Assembly (NCBI GenBank): GCA_050258935.1
Contig: JBLMZS010000076.1
Span: 70,259-134,258, forward strand
DNA length: 64,000 bases
Origin: Bacteroidota bacterium
GTDB taxonomy: Bacteria > Bacteroidota > Ignavibacteria > Ignavibacteriales > SURF-24
Reading direction: 5' to 3'
The position numbers and the translations under genes were made by a program. Shown piece by piece: positions 55,975 through 64,000 of the stretch. The number at the start of each line of letters is the position of its first letter. Position 1 is the stretch's first letter. Below the pieces are notes generated by a model, which was given only the letters and a program-made list of their open reading frames with translations, was not told the origin of the DNA and made no database searches.

Positions 55975-58467
55975 ATGAAAAAATTTTACATTCTCTTTTT
56001 TCTTCTGGTAACAATTTCGGGATTGAATGCCCAGCAGATCGCACTTGATACGTTATCGAGCCGTTATGTAGGACCTGGTGTGCTCTACACTGATATACTT
56101 GCTCCTTCTGTGCCGTGGACTATCAAGGTACTGCGTGTGGATTTGAAGAACAAGTATCTGTCGCTCGAAGCGGTAAAGTCAAAGGATACGTATTTCGGGT
56201 ATGAGAAGACCAGTGCAATGTCTAAACGAAATAACTACACCGGACACACTGTAGTCGGGGCGGTGAATGCTGATTATTATAACACCAGTAACGGATCTCT
56301 CACAAATATTCAGGTAGGAAAGGGCGAGATATACCGCGGACCGGTAAGAGCCAGCGTTATCGGATTCGATATCAATAAAAAACCCATGATTGAGATTTGT
56401 ACGCTGAAGGCAAATCTGATTGTCAATTCTAAATCGATTAAGATCGATGAAGTAAACCAGACCCGGTCAACAGGTCAGCTGATACTATATAATTACTACA
56501 AGGGTACATCCACCGGTACTGATACCGCAGGTAATGAAGCACTGGTACGTCCTGTTTCAGGATGGCTCGCAAACGATACGGTAGTTTGTGTTGTGGAGAA
56601 TGTGACCTTGAAAACGGGCAATATGAACGTACCCAAAGGGAAAGCAGTACTTTCGGGCAACGGAACTGCCGCTGCGTTCATTGCTGATAATCTGCATGCA
56701 GGTGATACGGTAAAACTGTTTATGGGCTTAACTCCGGCGCTGTCAAAAATCAAGGAAATGGTAGGAGGACATCCGAGGCTTGTCAAAGAAGGTATAAACT
56801 ATCTCGAGACCGCACTGAAGTATGAACCCGGTTCCAGCACTACTACCAGGGCTCCGCGTACTGTTGCCGGTTTCTCGAAAGACAGCACCTATCTTTACCT
56901 TATCACTCTCGATGGCCGTCAGGCCAGCAGCGACGGTGCTACTCTGGCAGAACTGGCAGACCTGATAATCAGGCTCGGTGTATACGACGGCTTCAATCTG
57001 GACGGCGGCGGCTCAACTACAATGGTGCTGAGAAATGCAGTCATGAACTCTCCTTCGGACGGAAACGAACGGTCAGTAGCAAATTGCCTTATGGTCGTTT
57101 CCTCTGCTCCGGCCAGACCTGATTCGCTAGGCAGGATCGGATTTCTGTACAACTTCAGCGATTACAAAATATACAATGTCGATAAACTCCAGCTCGCTAT
57201 CTATGTAAACGATATCTATGATAACCCGGTTACACCCGATGCTTCTCAGATAAAGTATTCTGTGAGCCCGGGGCTCGGTACTGTCGATGCCAATGGATTG
57301 TTTGCACCTTCCAAAACTGCAAAATCCGGGTATATCTACGTGTCTTACAAAGGACTGAAGGACTCGGTATATATCAGCATAATACAGATAGCACGCATCG
57401 CACTTACACCGAGAAGCTCTATGATCGATGCTTCAAAGCCGTATGAACTGACTGTTAAAGGCTATACAGCTTCGAATGTCGAAAGGATAATGAAGGGCGG
57501 AGATCTTCTATGGAGATCGTCCGATACAACTGTTGCTGCGGTAGATGCAGACGGAGTCATCAGAGGAAAGGCAGAAGGCAAAGTAAAAATATACGCCAAG
57601 TTTTCTGAAGGCATAGCTGATTCAGTTGATATCACTGTACAGATCGGCAAGGGTACCATGCTGACTGATCAGTTCGACAGTATCGGATCCTGGACCCTTT
57701 CAGGATCAAGTATAGATTTTGCGGCAACAAAACTGAGCGTGTCAACTGATATCAGGTCAGAAGGCAGCGGGTCATTTCAAATAGACTATAAATACACGTA
57801 TGATCCGACCAAGTCAAACCTTGTACAGCTCAATAACACTATTCCCCTATATGGCCTGCCGGACAGCCTGCTGATAGATGTGAGGTCGGATTCATCGGTG
57901 CACAAAATATTTCTTATAGTTGCAAACGACCAGAACAAACCGTTCCGTGTAAACACAAATATCCCTGTCCCGCAGGGTGCAAAGTTCACTACTATCCCGA
58001 TCGCTTTCAAAGATAATGTACCGGTTACCATCGGCACATTTTCATACCCTATAAAACTGGCAAAGATCGTAATCCAGTTAGAGGCAGATGTTCCGGGCAG
58101 AGTTCAGGGGCAGACATATTCTGGCCGCATTTATCTCGATAATGTAAGGGTAAGGTATCCAATGGATGCTACGGGAGTTACAGATGGCGGATCGCAGACT
58201 CCTCAGGAATATTCACTGCAGCAGAATTACCCCAATCCTTTCAATCCTTCTACGATAATTGAATTCAGTACAACCGCACGCGAAAATACAACACTGAGTG
58301 TATTTGATCTTCTGGGAAGGCAGGTCGCCGTTCTGGTGAATTCGGAACTTTCTGCAGGCAGGCACCGGGCTGTCTGGAATGCTGCTGGTTGCCCGAGCGG
58401 GGTCTACTTCTACAGGCTGCAGAGCGGTAATTATGCTGAAACTAAAAAGATGCTGCTTATCAGATAA
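55975..58467 (+). CDS. Phosphodiester glycosidase (NAGPA/DUF2233) family T9SS cargo protein with Big_2 and CBM-like domains
   Basis: Start is trimmed to MKKFYILFFLLVTISGLNAQQ. The motifs are GAVNADYYN and NLDGGGSTTMV (DUF2233-like). The Ig-like Big_2 segment is DLLWRSSDTTVAAVDADGVIRGKAEGKVKIYA. The C-terminus reads LQQNYPNPFNPSTIIEFS...GVYFYRLQSGNYAETKKMLLIR. The 273 nt of upstream track ORF are AT-rich and look non-coding. Confidence 0.75.
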   Translation: MKKFYILFFLLVTISGLNAQQIALDTLSSRYVGPGVLYTDILAPSVPWTIKVLRVDLKNKYLSLEAVKSKDTYFGYEKTSAMSKRNNYTGHTVVGAVNADYYNTSNGSLTNIQVGKGEIYRGPVRASVIGFDINKKPMIEICTLKANLIVNSKSIKIDEVNQTRSTGQLILYNYYKGTSTGTDTAGNEALVRPVSGWLANDTVVCVVENVTLKTGNMNVPKGKAVLSGNGTAAAFIADNLHAGDTVKLFMGLTPALSKIKEMVGGHPRLVKEGINYLETALKYEPGSSTTTRAPRTVAGFSKDSTYLYLITLDGRQASSDGATLAELADLIIRLGVYDGFNLDGGGSTTMVLRNAVMNSPSDGNERSVANCLMVVSSAPARPDSLGRIGFLYNFSDYKIYNVDKLQLAIYVNDIYDNPVTPDASQIKYSVSPGLGTVDANGLFAPSKTAKSGYIYVSYKGLKDSVYISIIQIARIALTPRSSMIDASKPYELTVKGYTASNVERIMKGGDLLWRSSDTTVAAVDADGVIRGKAEGKVKIYAKFSEGIADSVDITVQIGKGTMLTDQFDSIGSWTLSGSSIDFAATKLSVSTDIRSEGSGSFQIDYKYTYDPTKSNLVQLNNTIPLYGLPDSLLIDVRSDSSVHKIFLIVANDQNKPFRVNTNIPVPQGAKFTTIPIAFKDNVPVTIGTFSYPIKLAKIVIQLEADVPGRVQGQTYSGRIYLDNVRVRYPMDATGVTDGGSQTPQEYSLQQNYPNPFNPSTIIEFSTTARENTTLSVFDLLGRQVAVLVNSELSAGRHRAVWNAAGCPSGVYFYRLQSGNYAETKKMLLIR

Positions 58468-58477
58468 TCCTGAATGA

Positions 58478-58511
58478 TATTTCTTCTTCCGGTTATACGG
58501 AAGAAGAAATA
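58478..58511. terminator. Strong hairpin between convergent genes (bidirectional terminator)
   Basis: tatttcttcttccg-gttata-cggaagaagaaata forms a 14-bp perfect stem. It lies between the stop at 58467 (+) and the stop at 58518 (-). Confidence 0.8.
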
Positions 58512-58517
58512 CTGTAT

Positions 58518-59969
58518 TTAAGCAGAAGGCAGTGTGAAATAAAATGTAGCACCCTTGCCCTGACCTGATTCAACCCAGATCTTACCGCCGTGCCCTTCCA
58601 CAATTTTCTTGCATATCGCCAGGCCGATCCCGGTCCCGGAATAAGAATCCCTGTCGTGCAGTCTCTGAAATATCAGAAATATTCTGTCAAAGTCATTCGG
58701 GTCAATACCGATTCCATTATCGCTTACAGAGATCAGCGAGAATTTGTGGTCAGTAACTGCGGATATATTTACTATAGGTTTCCTGTCGCTGTGGAACTTC
58801 AGTGCATTGCCAATCAGGTTCTGCAGCAGCTGCCTTATCTGTGTAGAGTCACCGTATACCTGCGGCAGCCTGCCCGAAGTTATCACCGCCTTTGTCTCGC
58901 TTATAAGCAGCTGCAAGTCATTTACTACATTTTCGTATAATCTATTCAGGTCAACCTTCCCGAATTCCTTCCTGCGCGATGATACGCGGGAGTATACCAG
59001 CAGATCTCTTATCAGCTCCATCATTCTGCCGGATCCGTCAACTGCAAAATCGATATAGGATCTTGCCTGCTCGTCCAGTTTTTCGCTGTATTTTGATTTA
59101 AGAAGATTCATGAAGCTCGAGACCATGCGCAGCGGCTCCTGCAGGTCGTGTGAGGCGACGTATGCAAACTGTTCCAGGTCCCGGTTGGAGCGTGCCAGCT
59201 CACTGAGTGTTTTGTCGCGCTCTAATTCCACCATTTTCCGTTCAGTAATGTCCTTAGCTGCTCCGTAGCGCCTGACTGCCATACCATGCTCGTTGAATTC
59301 CGGTCCGCTGATGCCGTGTATATATCTTACGGCCCCGTCGGGTCTGACTATCCTGTATTCAATATCCAGCGTTTTATCTTCTCTATGATATGTTTCTGAT
59401 GTATCCGTAACTCTCTTCCGGTCATCTGCGTGTATCTGCTCCAGATATTTCCTGATGCTCAGTGTCTTGACACCTTCGGGGAGTCCGAGTATTTTATTCA
59501 TTTCATCTGAAAGTTCGAGATATCCCGAATCTTTCTCCGTTACCCAGCTGCCGACGTGTGCCAGAGCTTCGGCCCTTTCGAAACGCAACTGGTTATTTCT
59601 TAGTATGTCCATTGTTTTCCCCAGCTGTTCTTCGAGTGTCCTGAGCTTTTGCGTCTGAATGAATGCAATGGCCCATAGTACGAATGTAATAATGATTCTG
59701 TTGAACAGTGCGACGTCGGGATAAGACATATCGATTTCAAAAAATACACCGGTCCATATCAGTACAGTATTTACCCCAGTGATGAAGTTGATATGGCTTT
59801 TACTTACCATGCGGTATGGTGCAGTCAGAAGAGGGATAAGATAGAGTACCCATACCGCGTAACCGGTTGGAGTAAAAATGTCGGAAATGAAAATGACGGC
59901 AGAGATGCCAAGACAGAAGTAAGTGCTTTTACTGAGTTTATTCATTTGGGCCCGGGGAATGTTTATCAT
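58518..59969 (-). CDS. Membrane-bound PAS sensor histidine kinase
   Basis: 483 aa. The N-terminus has about 4 TM segments. A coiled linker and a PAS domain follow (VGSWVTEKDSGYLELSDEMNKILG...IEYRIVRPDGAVRYIHG). The H-box is ASHDLQEPLR and the G-boxes are DNGIGI and GTGIGL. There is no receiver domain. Confidence 0.88.
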   Translation of the reverse strand: MINIPRAQMNKLSKSTYFCLGISAVIFISDIFTPTGYAVWVLYLIPLLTAPYRMVSKSHINFITGVNTVLIWTGVFFEIDMSYPDVALFNRIIITFVLWAIAFIQTQKLRTLEEQLGKTMDILRNNQLRFERAEALAHVGSWVTEKDSGYLELSDEMNKILGLPEGVKTLSIRKYLEQIHADDRKRVTDTSETYHREDKTLDIEYRIVRPDGAVRYIHGISGPEFNEHGMAVRRYGAAKDITERKMVELERDKTLSELARSNRDLEQFAYVASHDLQEPLRMVSSFMNLLKSKYSEKLDEQARSYIDFAVDGSGRMMELIRDLLVYSRVSSRRKEFGKVDLNRLYENVVNDLQLLISETKAVITSGRLPQVYGDSTQIRQLLQNLIGNALKFHSDRKPIVNISAVTDHKFSLISVSDNGIGIDPNDFDRIFLIFQRLHDRDSYSGTGIGLAICKKIVEGHGGKIWVESGQGKGATFYFTLPSA

Positions 59970-60050
59970 ATAATAGAATATCCTGACTACACAGCATAAA
60001 CCTGCAGCAGGATATTAAAGTTCCTGGTTGAGGCATATACACTATTTAAG

Positions 60051-61031
60051 TTACTTTTTCTTAAGAACCATGAGTGTCAGATCATCGGATTTTTCCGTTC
60101 CATCCAGGAATTCATTCAGTTCGGCGAGTATTGTCTGTATTATTTCTCCGGGATTCATTTGTATGAACTGTCCGGAGTATTTCAATATTCTGGACAGTTC
60201 AAAACAGTCGTCATCCTTCATTGCCTCGGGCAGGCCGTCGGTATAGAGTATGAGGACATCTCCGGGTTGCATACTGATTATCCGGCTGCTGTAGCCGCTG
60301 TCGGGCAGTACGCCGAGAGGTATGCCGTCTGAAGCAAGTTCGGAGGTACCCCCGGTTTTTATGTGGAGCGGCTGACAGTGCCCTGCATTGCTGATTTCAA
60401 CTGTTCCGTCCTCCCTGATTTTTGCAAGTACAAGCGTTGCAAACTGATTGACTATGGTGCTCTCAGAGAGTATCCGGTTCATTCTGGAGAGGATTTCGTT
60501 AACCGGCAGGTTGAATGGTACAAGTGTATGAAACATTGCATGCAGGTGTGTCATCAGCATGGATGCGGCCACTCCCTTGCCCGACACATCTCCCATAATT
60601 ACGAACTGTGATCTTTCTTTATCATCGGGCTGCAGAAGGTCACAGTAATCGCCGCTTACTATGCTTGCCGGCTCGTAGTGAAATTCGATGTCCCAGCCTG
60701 CCAGCACCTGGCTGCATGAAGGCAGTAGGTTTCTTTGAATTTTAACCGCGAGTGTCAGATCGTCTTCGAGATTTTTCTGCTGCTCGGCACTGTAGTCGCC
60801 GATGCATACTCTGAGAAGAGGATTTGCCTGAAGACGGTCCTCTTCTATCGGGTCGCCGCAAACTTCGCAAACGCCATAGGTTCCGCTATCCATTCTGTCG
60901 AGTGCGTCCTGAATTTCTTCGAGTATCTGCAGCGTTTCCTCTGCAGGAATGTATTTCTGAGCATAGCTGCTCAGAAAATTCTTTTTATCAATGAGTTTTT
61001 CCCTCAGATCATTTATCATGCCGTCAATCAT
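60051..61031 (-). CDS. PP2C-type (SpoIIE-family) serine/threonine phosphatase with N-terminal DksA/TraR-like zinc-finger region
   Basis: 326 aa. The N-terminal coiled region ends in GTYGVCEVCGDPIEEDRLQANPLLRVCIGD, a DksA/TraR C4-type pattern whose last Cys position is occupied by Asp. The SpoIIE domain shows SGDYCDL, MGDVSGKGVAASMLM, LILYTDGLPEA and SDDLTLMVLK. Confidence 0.8.
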   Translation of the reverse strand: MIDGMINDLREKLIDKKNFLSSYAQKYIPAEETLQILEEIQDALDRMDSGTYGVCEVCGDPIEEDRLQANPLLRVCIGDYSAEQQKNLEDDLTLAVKIQRNLLPSCSQVLAGWDIEFHYEPASIVSGDYCDLLQPDDKERSQFVIMGDVSGKGVAASMLMTHLHAMFHTLVPFNLPVNEILSRMNRILSESTIVNQFATLVLAKIREDGTVEISNAGHCQPLHIKTGGTSELASDGIPLGVLPDSGYSSRIISMQPGDVLILYTDGLPEAMKDDDCFELSRILKYSGQFIQMNPGEIIQTILAELNEFLDGTEKSDDLTLMVLKKK

Positions 61032-61219
61032 TTCTTACTCCGCTTTCAAATGATTGTTTTAATGTAGGGAATTTTCAAATGACAAGAAATGAAATTTTAC
61101 GGTTTCATGAAAATGAATACCCCGGACATTGAAATACTTCTGAATACTATTACATTATAGTAATATGACGTGAACTGCAAAAACAGACACAAAATTATAT
61201 TAAAATGAGGAGTAGTATA

Positions 61220-61789
61220 ATGGCGACAGAAAACAGTGCTCAGACGGGAGAAGCGGTAAAGACCACAATGTGGAAACATGACCCGCAGCATTCGAGAATG
61301 GAATTTCTGGCGAAGCACATGGTCATTGCAACGGTAAAAGGCCACTTCAGGGATTACGTGATAAATGTCCGCACAGAGGGAGACAATTTCGAAACAGCTG
61401 AGGTTGAGGTTATAGCCCAGACGGTTAGTATAGACACCGGGATAAGTGACAGAGACAATCATCTCAGATCGGATGATTTCTTCAATTCCGAAAAATTTCC
61501 CGAGATGAGATTCAGGAGCAAATCGGTGGGAAAAATTGACGATGAAAGTTTCAAGCTGTACGGTGACCTTACTATTAGAGACATTACTAAATCCATTGAA
61601 CTCAATGTGGAATTCGGCGGAATGGTAGGCGATCCATGGGGAAATACACGTGCGGGATTTGGTGTGACAGGCAGCATCGACCGTTTTGATTTCGGACTGA
61701 AGTGGAATGCACTGATTGAAACCGGCGGAGCTGTAGTGGGTAAGATAATAAAAATTTCCGCCGATATTGAACTTGTAAAACAGAAATAA
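61220..61789 (+). CDS. YceI-family (polyisoprenoid-binding-like) protein
   Basis: Start is placed at ATG 61220, 8 nt after GAGGAG. The motifs are HSRMEFLAKHMVIATVKGHF, SIDTGISDRDNHLRSDDFFNSEKFPEMRFRS, LTIRDITKSIEL and FGLKWN. Confidence 0.85.
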   Translation: MATENSAQTGEAVKTTMWKHDPQHSRMEFLAKHMVIATVKGHFRDYVINVRTEGDNFETAEVEVIAQTVSIDTGISDRDNHLRSDDFFNSEKFPEMRFRSKSVGKIDDESFKLYGDLTIRDITKSIELNVEFGGMVGDPWGNTRAGFGVTGSIDRFDFGLKWNALIETGGAVVGKIIKISADIELVKQK

Positions 61790-61816
61790 CGATATAGTGT
61801 TTCTGCAGCTACATTA

Positions 61817-62299
61817 TCAGGTTAATTTCCGGATGAATGATTCTATCTGACGGCGGTGGCGCAGTATGTGTACAATTGAGTGTTCCATGAGCTGCTCTAT
61901 GTCGTACTGCTGCCCCCACCGCACCGTGATCTTTTTTTCGCAGTCCGTTTCTTCAATTTCCAGATCCGGGTTTTCCATGAAAAACGTTCTGCAGTATTCA
62001 AACATCAGATTCAGCTTTTCTATATACTGTCCGGCATTTTCTAGAGTAGTCCGCTCAGTATAAGGTTTACTGGCCCCGGAATGATTCTCAATGGTTATGG
62101 TGTATCCGTAGCCGGAATTTACTACATGTGTCAGTACAGTCTGAATGGACCTGCAGTCCGGATCTTCGGTTTCAGCGTCTGCAATTGCTGTAAGCTGCTG
62201 TGTGGTAACAGGACTGATCACCTGTATAAGATCATCGATTGCCCGCCGGTATTCATCCAGCAGTGCCCGCACGTTGCCTTTGAGCTTTACGTTCTCCAT
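61817..62299 (-). CDS. DinB-family protein
   Basis: 160 aa. SIQTVLTHVVNSGYGY and the C-terminal LMEHSIVHILRHRRQIESF match the DinB_2 His-containing helices. Confidence 0.7.
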   Translation of the reverse strand: MENVKLKGNVRALLDEYRRAIDDLIQVISPVTTQQLTAIADAETEDPDCRSIQTVLTHVVNSGYGYTITIENHSGASKPYTERTTLENAGQYIEKLNLMFEYCRTFFMENPDLEIEETDCEKKITVRWGQQYDIEQLMEHSIVHILRHRRQIESFIRKLT

Positions 62300-62306
62300 A
62301 ATTTCA

Positions 62307-62888
62307 CTATTTATTTTCTATAGATATTTTGAATGGAACCTTCAGTTCTGCCCAGTGCAGGTATGCAGTTGCAGAGTACTCGGACAGGTCATCAAATCCG
62401 TATTCAAGCCATTCCTGGAATGGCGCTTTTACCGGTGTAACTGTAATCCTGAGAGCATCCTCTCCCTGATTATACTTGAAGCTTCCCCATGATGAATTAT
62501 TCTTGCTGAATATTATTGTCCAGTTATTTTCCTGTGGAATGAAATGCATCCCGTATTTACCTGCCGGCAGTTTATTTCCCTCGATGCTGACATCGCTGCT
62601 GAATTCAATAGTTGTATTTTCATTTGCGCCGCCCCGCCATGGGAAAGGTTTGTTGTCAGAATATTTGTTGCCTTCTGTCATGCCATATGGTACCAGATCG
62701 CCCCAGATTTTTCGGCCTCTGACTCCTGGTCTGCTGTATTCGATTCTGATGTCTGTCTCAGTTCCGATTCTCTGCATAACCCCGGCCCTGGGGCTCTGGC
62801 GCGGTTTTTTGGGCTGCTGTGCACTGGAAGCAGAAGTGGTAAGGATCATAAAACAAACAATGAGCAAAAAATATGTTAACATCTTCAT
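62307..62888 (-). CDS. DUF2911-family secreted protein
   Basis: 193 aa with a signal peptide. IEYSRPGVRGRKIWGDLVPYG...WRGGANENTTIEFSSDVSIEGNKLPAGKYGMHFIP...WTIIFSKN matches the DUF2911 pattern as I recall it. Confidence 0.75.
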   Translation of the reverse strand: MKMLTYFLLIVCFMILTTSASSAQQPKKPRQSPRAGVMQRIGTETDIRIEYSRPGVRGRKIWGDLVPYGMTEGNKYSDNKPFPWRGGANENTTIEFSSDVSIEGNKLPAGKYGMHFIPQENNWTIIFSKNNSSWGSFKYNQGEDALRITVTPVKAPFQEWLEYGFDDLSEYSATAYLHWAELKVPFKISIENK

Positions 62889-63041
62889 TTTATCTCCCGT
62901 TGGATTCTTTTCTATTCAGGATAATAAGAATTATCTGCTAAAAGAACAATAATTATTGTGCACAATTTTATATGTAAATCTTTAGACCTTAGTACTGTGT
63001 CACACATATCTGCAACGGTATGGCTTTACCTTAAACGGAAG

Positions 63042-63515
63042 TCATTCCTCCTCGTATGCCTGTTTAAGCCTTTCTATATCGAGCCTCTCCATCTGAAGCA
63101 TTGCTCTGGTAACTCTTCTCACCTTTTCTTCATCTGAATCCATCAGTAATTTATCCAGCTCGTCGGGCACTATCTGCCATGAAACGCCGAACTTATCCTG
63201 AAGCCAGCCGCACTGCTGAGTTTTGCCGCCATCAGATAATTTGTCCCACAGTTCATTGATCTCGCTTTGTGATTTACAGTTGACAAAGAATGATATGGCG
63301 GGTGAAAACGTATAGTGCGGACCACCGTTTAATGCCATAAAACTCTGCCCAAATAGCCTGAAAGTGATAGCCATTACGCTGCCTTTCTTACCCGGTCCCT
63401 CATCACCATAGTACATGGTACTGTCTATTGAGGAATCCTTAAAAATAGAAAGATAGAAATTGACTGCTTCCTCTGCATTATCGTCAAACCATAGACAAGG
63501 GCTTATCTTTTGCAT
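63042..63515 (-). CDS. VOC-superfamily protein, PhnB / 3-demethylubiquinone-9 3-methyltransferase-domain family
   Basis: 157 aa. The N-terminus MQKISPCLWFDDNAEEAVNFYLSIFKDS and the later CGWLQDKFGVSWQIVP are characteristic of this family. Confidence 0.85.
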   Translation of the reverse strand: MQKISPCLWFDDNAEEAVNFYLSIFKDSSIDSTMYYGDEGPGKKGSVMAITFRLFGQSFMALNGGPHYTFSPAISFFVNCKSQSEINELWDKLSDGGKTQQCGWLQDKFGVSWQIVPDELDKLLMDSDEEKVRRVTRAMLQMERLDIERLKQAYEEE

Positions 63516-63700
63516 TCTTCATTTCCTTTCTGTTTTGCTGAAAATGCTTTCCATACTAACATGGTAACAAAGAGGTGTAATAAATCAAGAGTCAGTATTT
63601 CATCTTAAGACCAATTCAGTTCCGGCATTAACTGCATTTCGCGGGATTCTTGAAGAATTCCAAATATAAATACATACGTAAAACGGCTGTATAATACCGG

Positions 63701-64000
63701 TCATTTCCTGTCGGTGCCCTGCCTTTCGAGCATCCAGCCCGGATATTCAGGGGCAAGCCTGCTCACTTCGTTCAGTCTGGCCAGCTCATCAGCTTCGAGC
63801 CTGACATTAACAGAATTCAGATTATCAGTCAGTTGCTGCGGTTTGTTTGCCCCGATAATTACAGAAGTGACTACAGGCTGGTGCAGCAGCCACGCAAGTG
63901 CGATCTGTGCAACGCTCAGCTGTCTGCCTTCAGCGATCTGCTGCATTACATCAATAATATCAAAAGCTCTGTTTTTATCGACAGGAGGGAAATCAAAATT
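63701..64000 (-). CDS. Aldo/keto reductase, C-terminal fragment (5' end lies outside the window)
   Basis: The frame is open to the window edge. QIALAWLLHQPVVTSVIIGANKPQQLTDNLNSVNVRLEADELARLNEVS is the typical AKR C-terminal region. The stop is at 63701-63703. Confidence 0.75.
   Translation of the reverse strand, partial: NFDFPPVDKNRAFDIIDVMQQIAEGRQLSVAQIALAWLLHQPVVTSVIIGANKPQQLTDNLNSVNVRLEADELARLNEVSRLAPEYPGWMLERQGTDRK

Noticed and set aside
1-64000. I searched by eye for CRISPR arrays, rRNA or tRNA genes, transposases, integrases, phage genes, toxin-antitoxin pairs, and known defence-system signatures such as cyclases, nucleases with ATPases, or reverse transcriptases.
   Set aside because: None were found. 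Intergenic gaps are short (at most about 470 nt) and are explained by promoters, terminators and one riboswitch. No ORF translation shows DDE, tyrosine- or serine-recombinase, RT, Cas or similar motifs. A covariance-model or tRNAscan run would be needed to exclude small RNAs formally.

Overview
This is a gene-dense 64-kb chromosomal segment with about 53 protein-coding genes on both strands. I found no rRNA, tRNA, CRISPR array, transposase, integrase or phage genes. All calls rest on reading the sequence and ORF translations and on motifs recalled from memory; no searches were run.

Likely origin: seven predicted secreted proteins end in the same C-terminal module (QNYPNPFNP-S/E-T ... K-K/M-M-x-L-hydrophobic-K). 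This looks like a type IX secretion (T9SS) sorting domain. Together with the OMP_b-brl_3-type outer-membrane protein and the AT-rich intergenic regions, it suggests an FCB-group bacterium, Ignavibacteria- or Chlorobi-like. That placement is inference only.

Content, in order:
- FtsX permease C-terminal fragment, HAD hydrolase, MATE efflux pump, DUF116-like Cys-rich protein, CarboxypepD_reg/beta-barrel outer-membrane protein, and an EamA transporter tightly following a methyl-accepting chemotaxis protein.
- DinB-like protein, BNR-propeller T9SS protein, RRM RNA-binding protein.
- T9SS M14 carboxypeptidase, sigma54 response regulator, histidine kinase and APC permease.
- Patatin and Ada.
- A minus-strand run of XRE-cupin regulator, acyl-CoA synthetase and DUF4440 protein.
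- A clear adenosylcobalamin riboswitch in front of nrdD-nrdG.
- More T9SS cargo proteins: BNR propeller, NlpC/P60 giant, beta-helix protein, GHL10 hydrolase and phosphodiester glycosidase.
- An ECF sigma / anti-sigma / LTXXQ operon, and ldh.
- Three paralogous orphan sensor kinases (two TPR, one CHASE-like).
- Beta-lactamase-fold hydrolase, mutarotase, DUF2231-Rieske fusion, GH30.
- A PAS kinase next to a DksA-finger/PP2C phosphatase.
- A terminal group of small stress or detoxification genes: YceI, DinB, DUF2911, PhnB-like VOC and an aldo/keto reductase fragment.

Verdict: I did not find a convincing, self-contained novel system such as a defence island, mobile element or repeat array. The candidates most worth follow-up are:
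1. The histidine kinase translationally coupled to a KimA-like APC permease, downstream of a sigma54 regulator and a secreted carboxypeptidase.
2. The zinc-finger/PP2C phosphatase paired with a PAS kinase.
3. An insulated single-gene unit encoding a possible SLOG/LOG-like protein.
4. The DUF116 protein with a long unique N-terminal domain.
5. Two adjacent T9SS proteins carrying a shared extra module in front of the sorting domain.
6. A perfect 2 x 18 bp tandem repeat upstream of the CHASE-like kinase.
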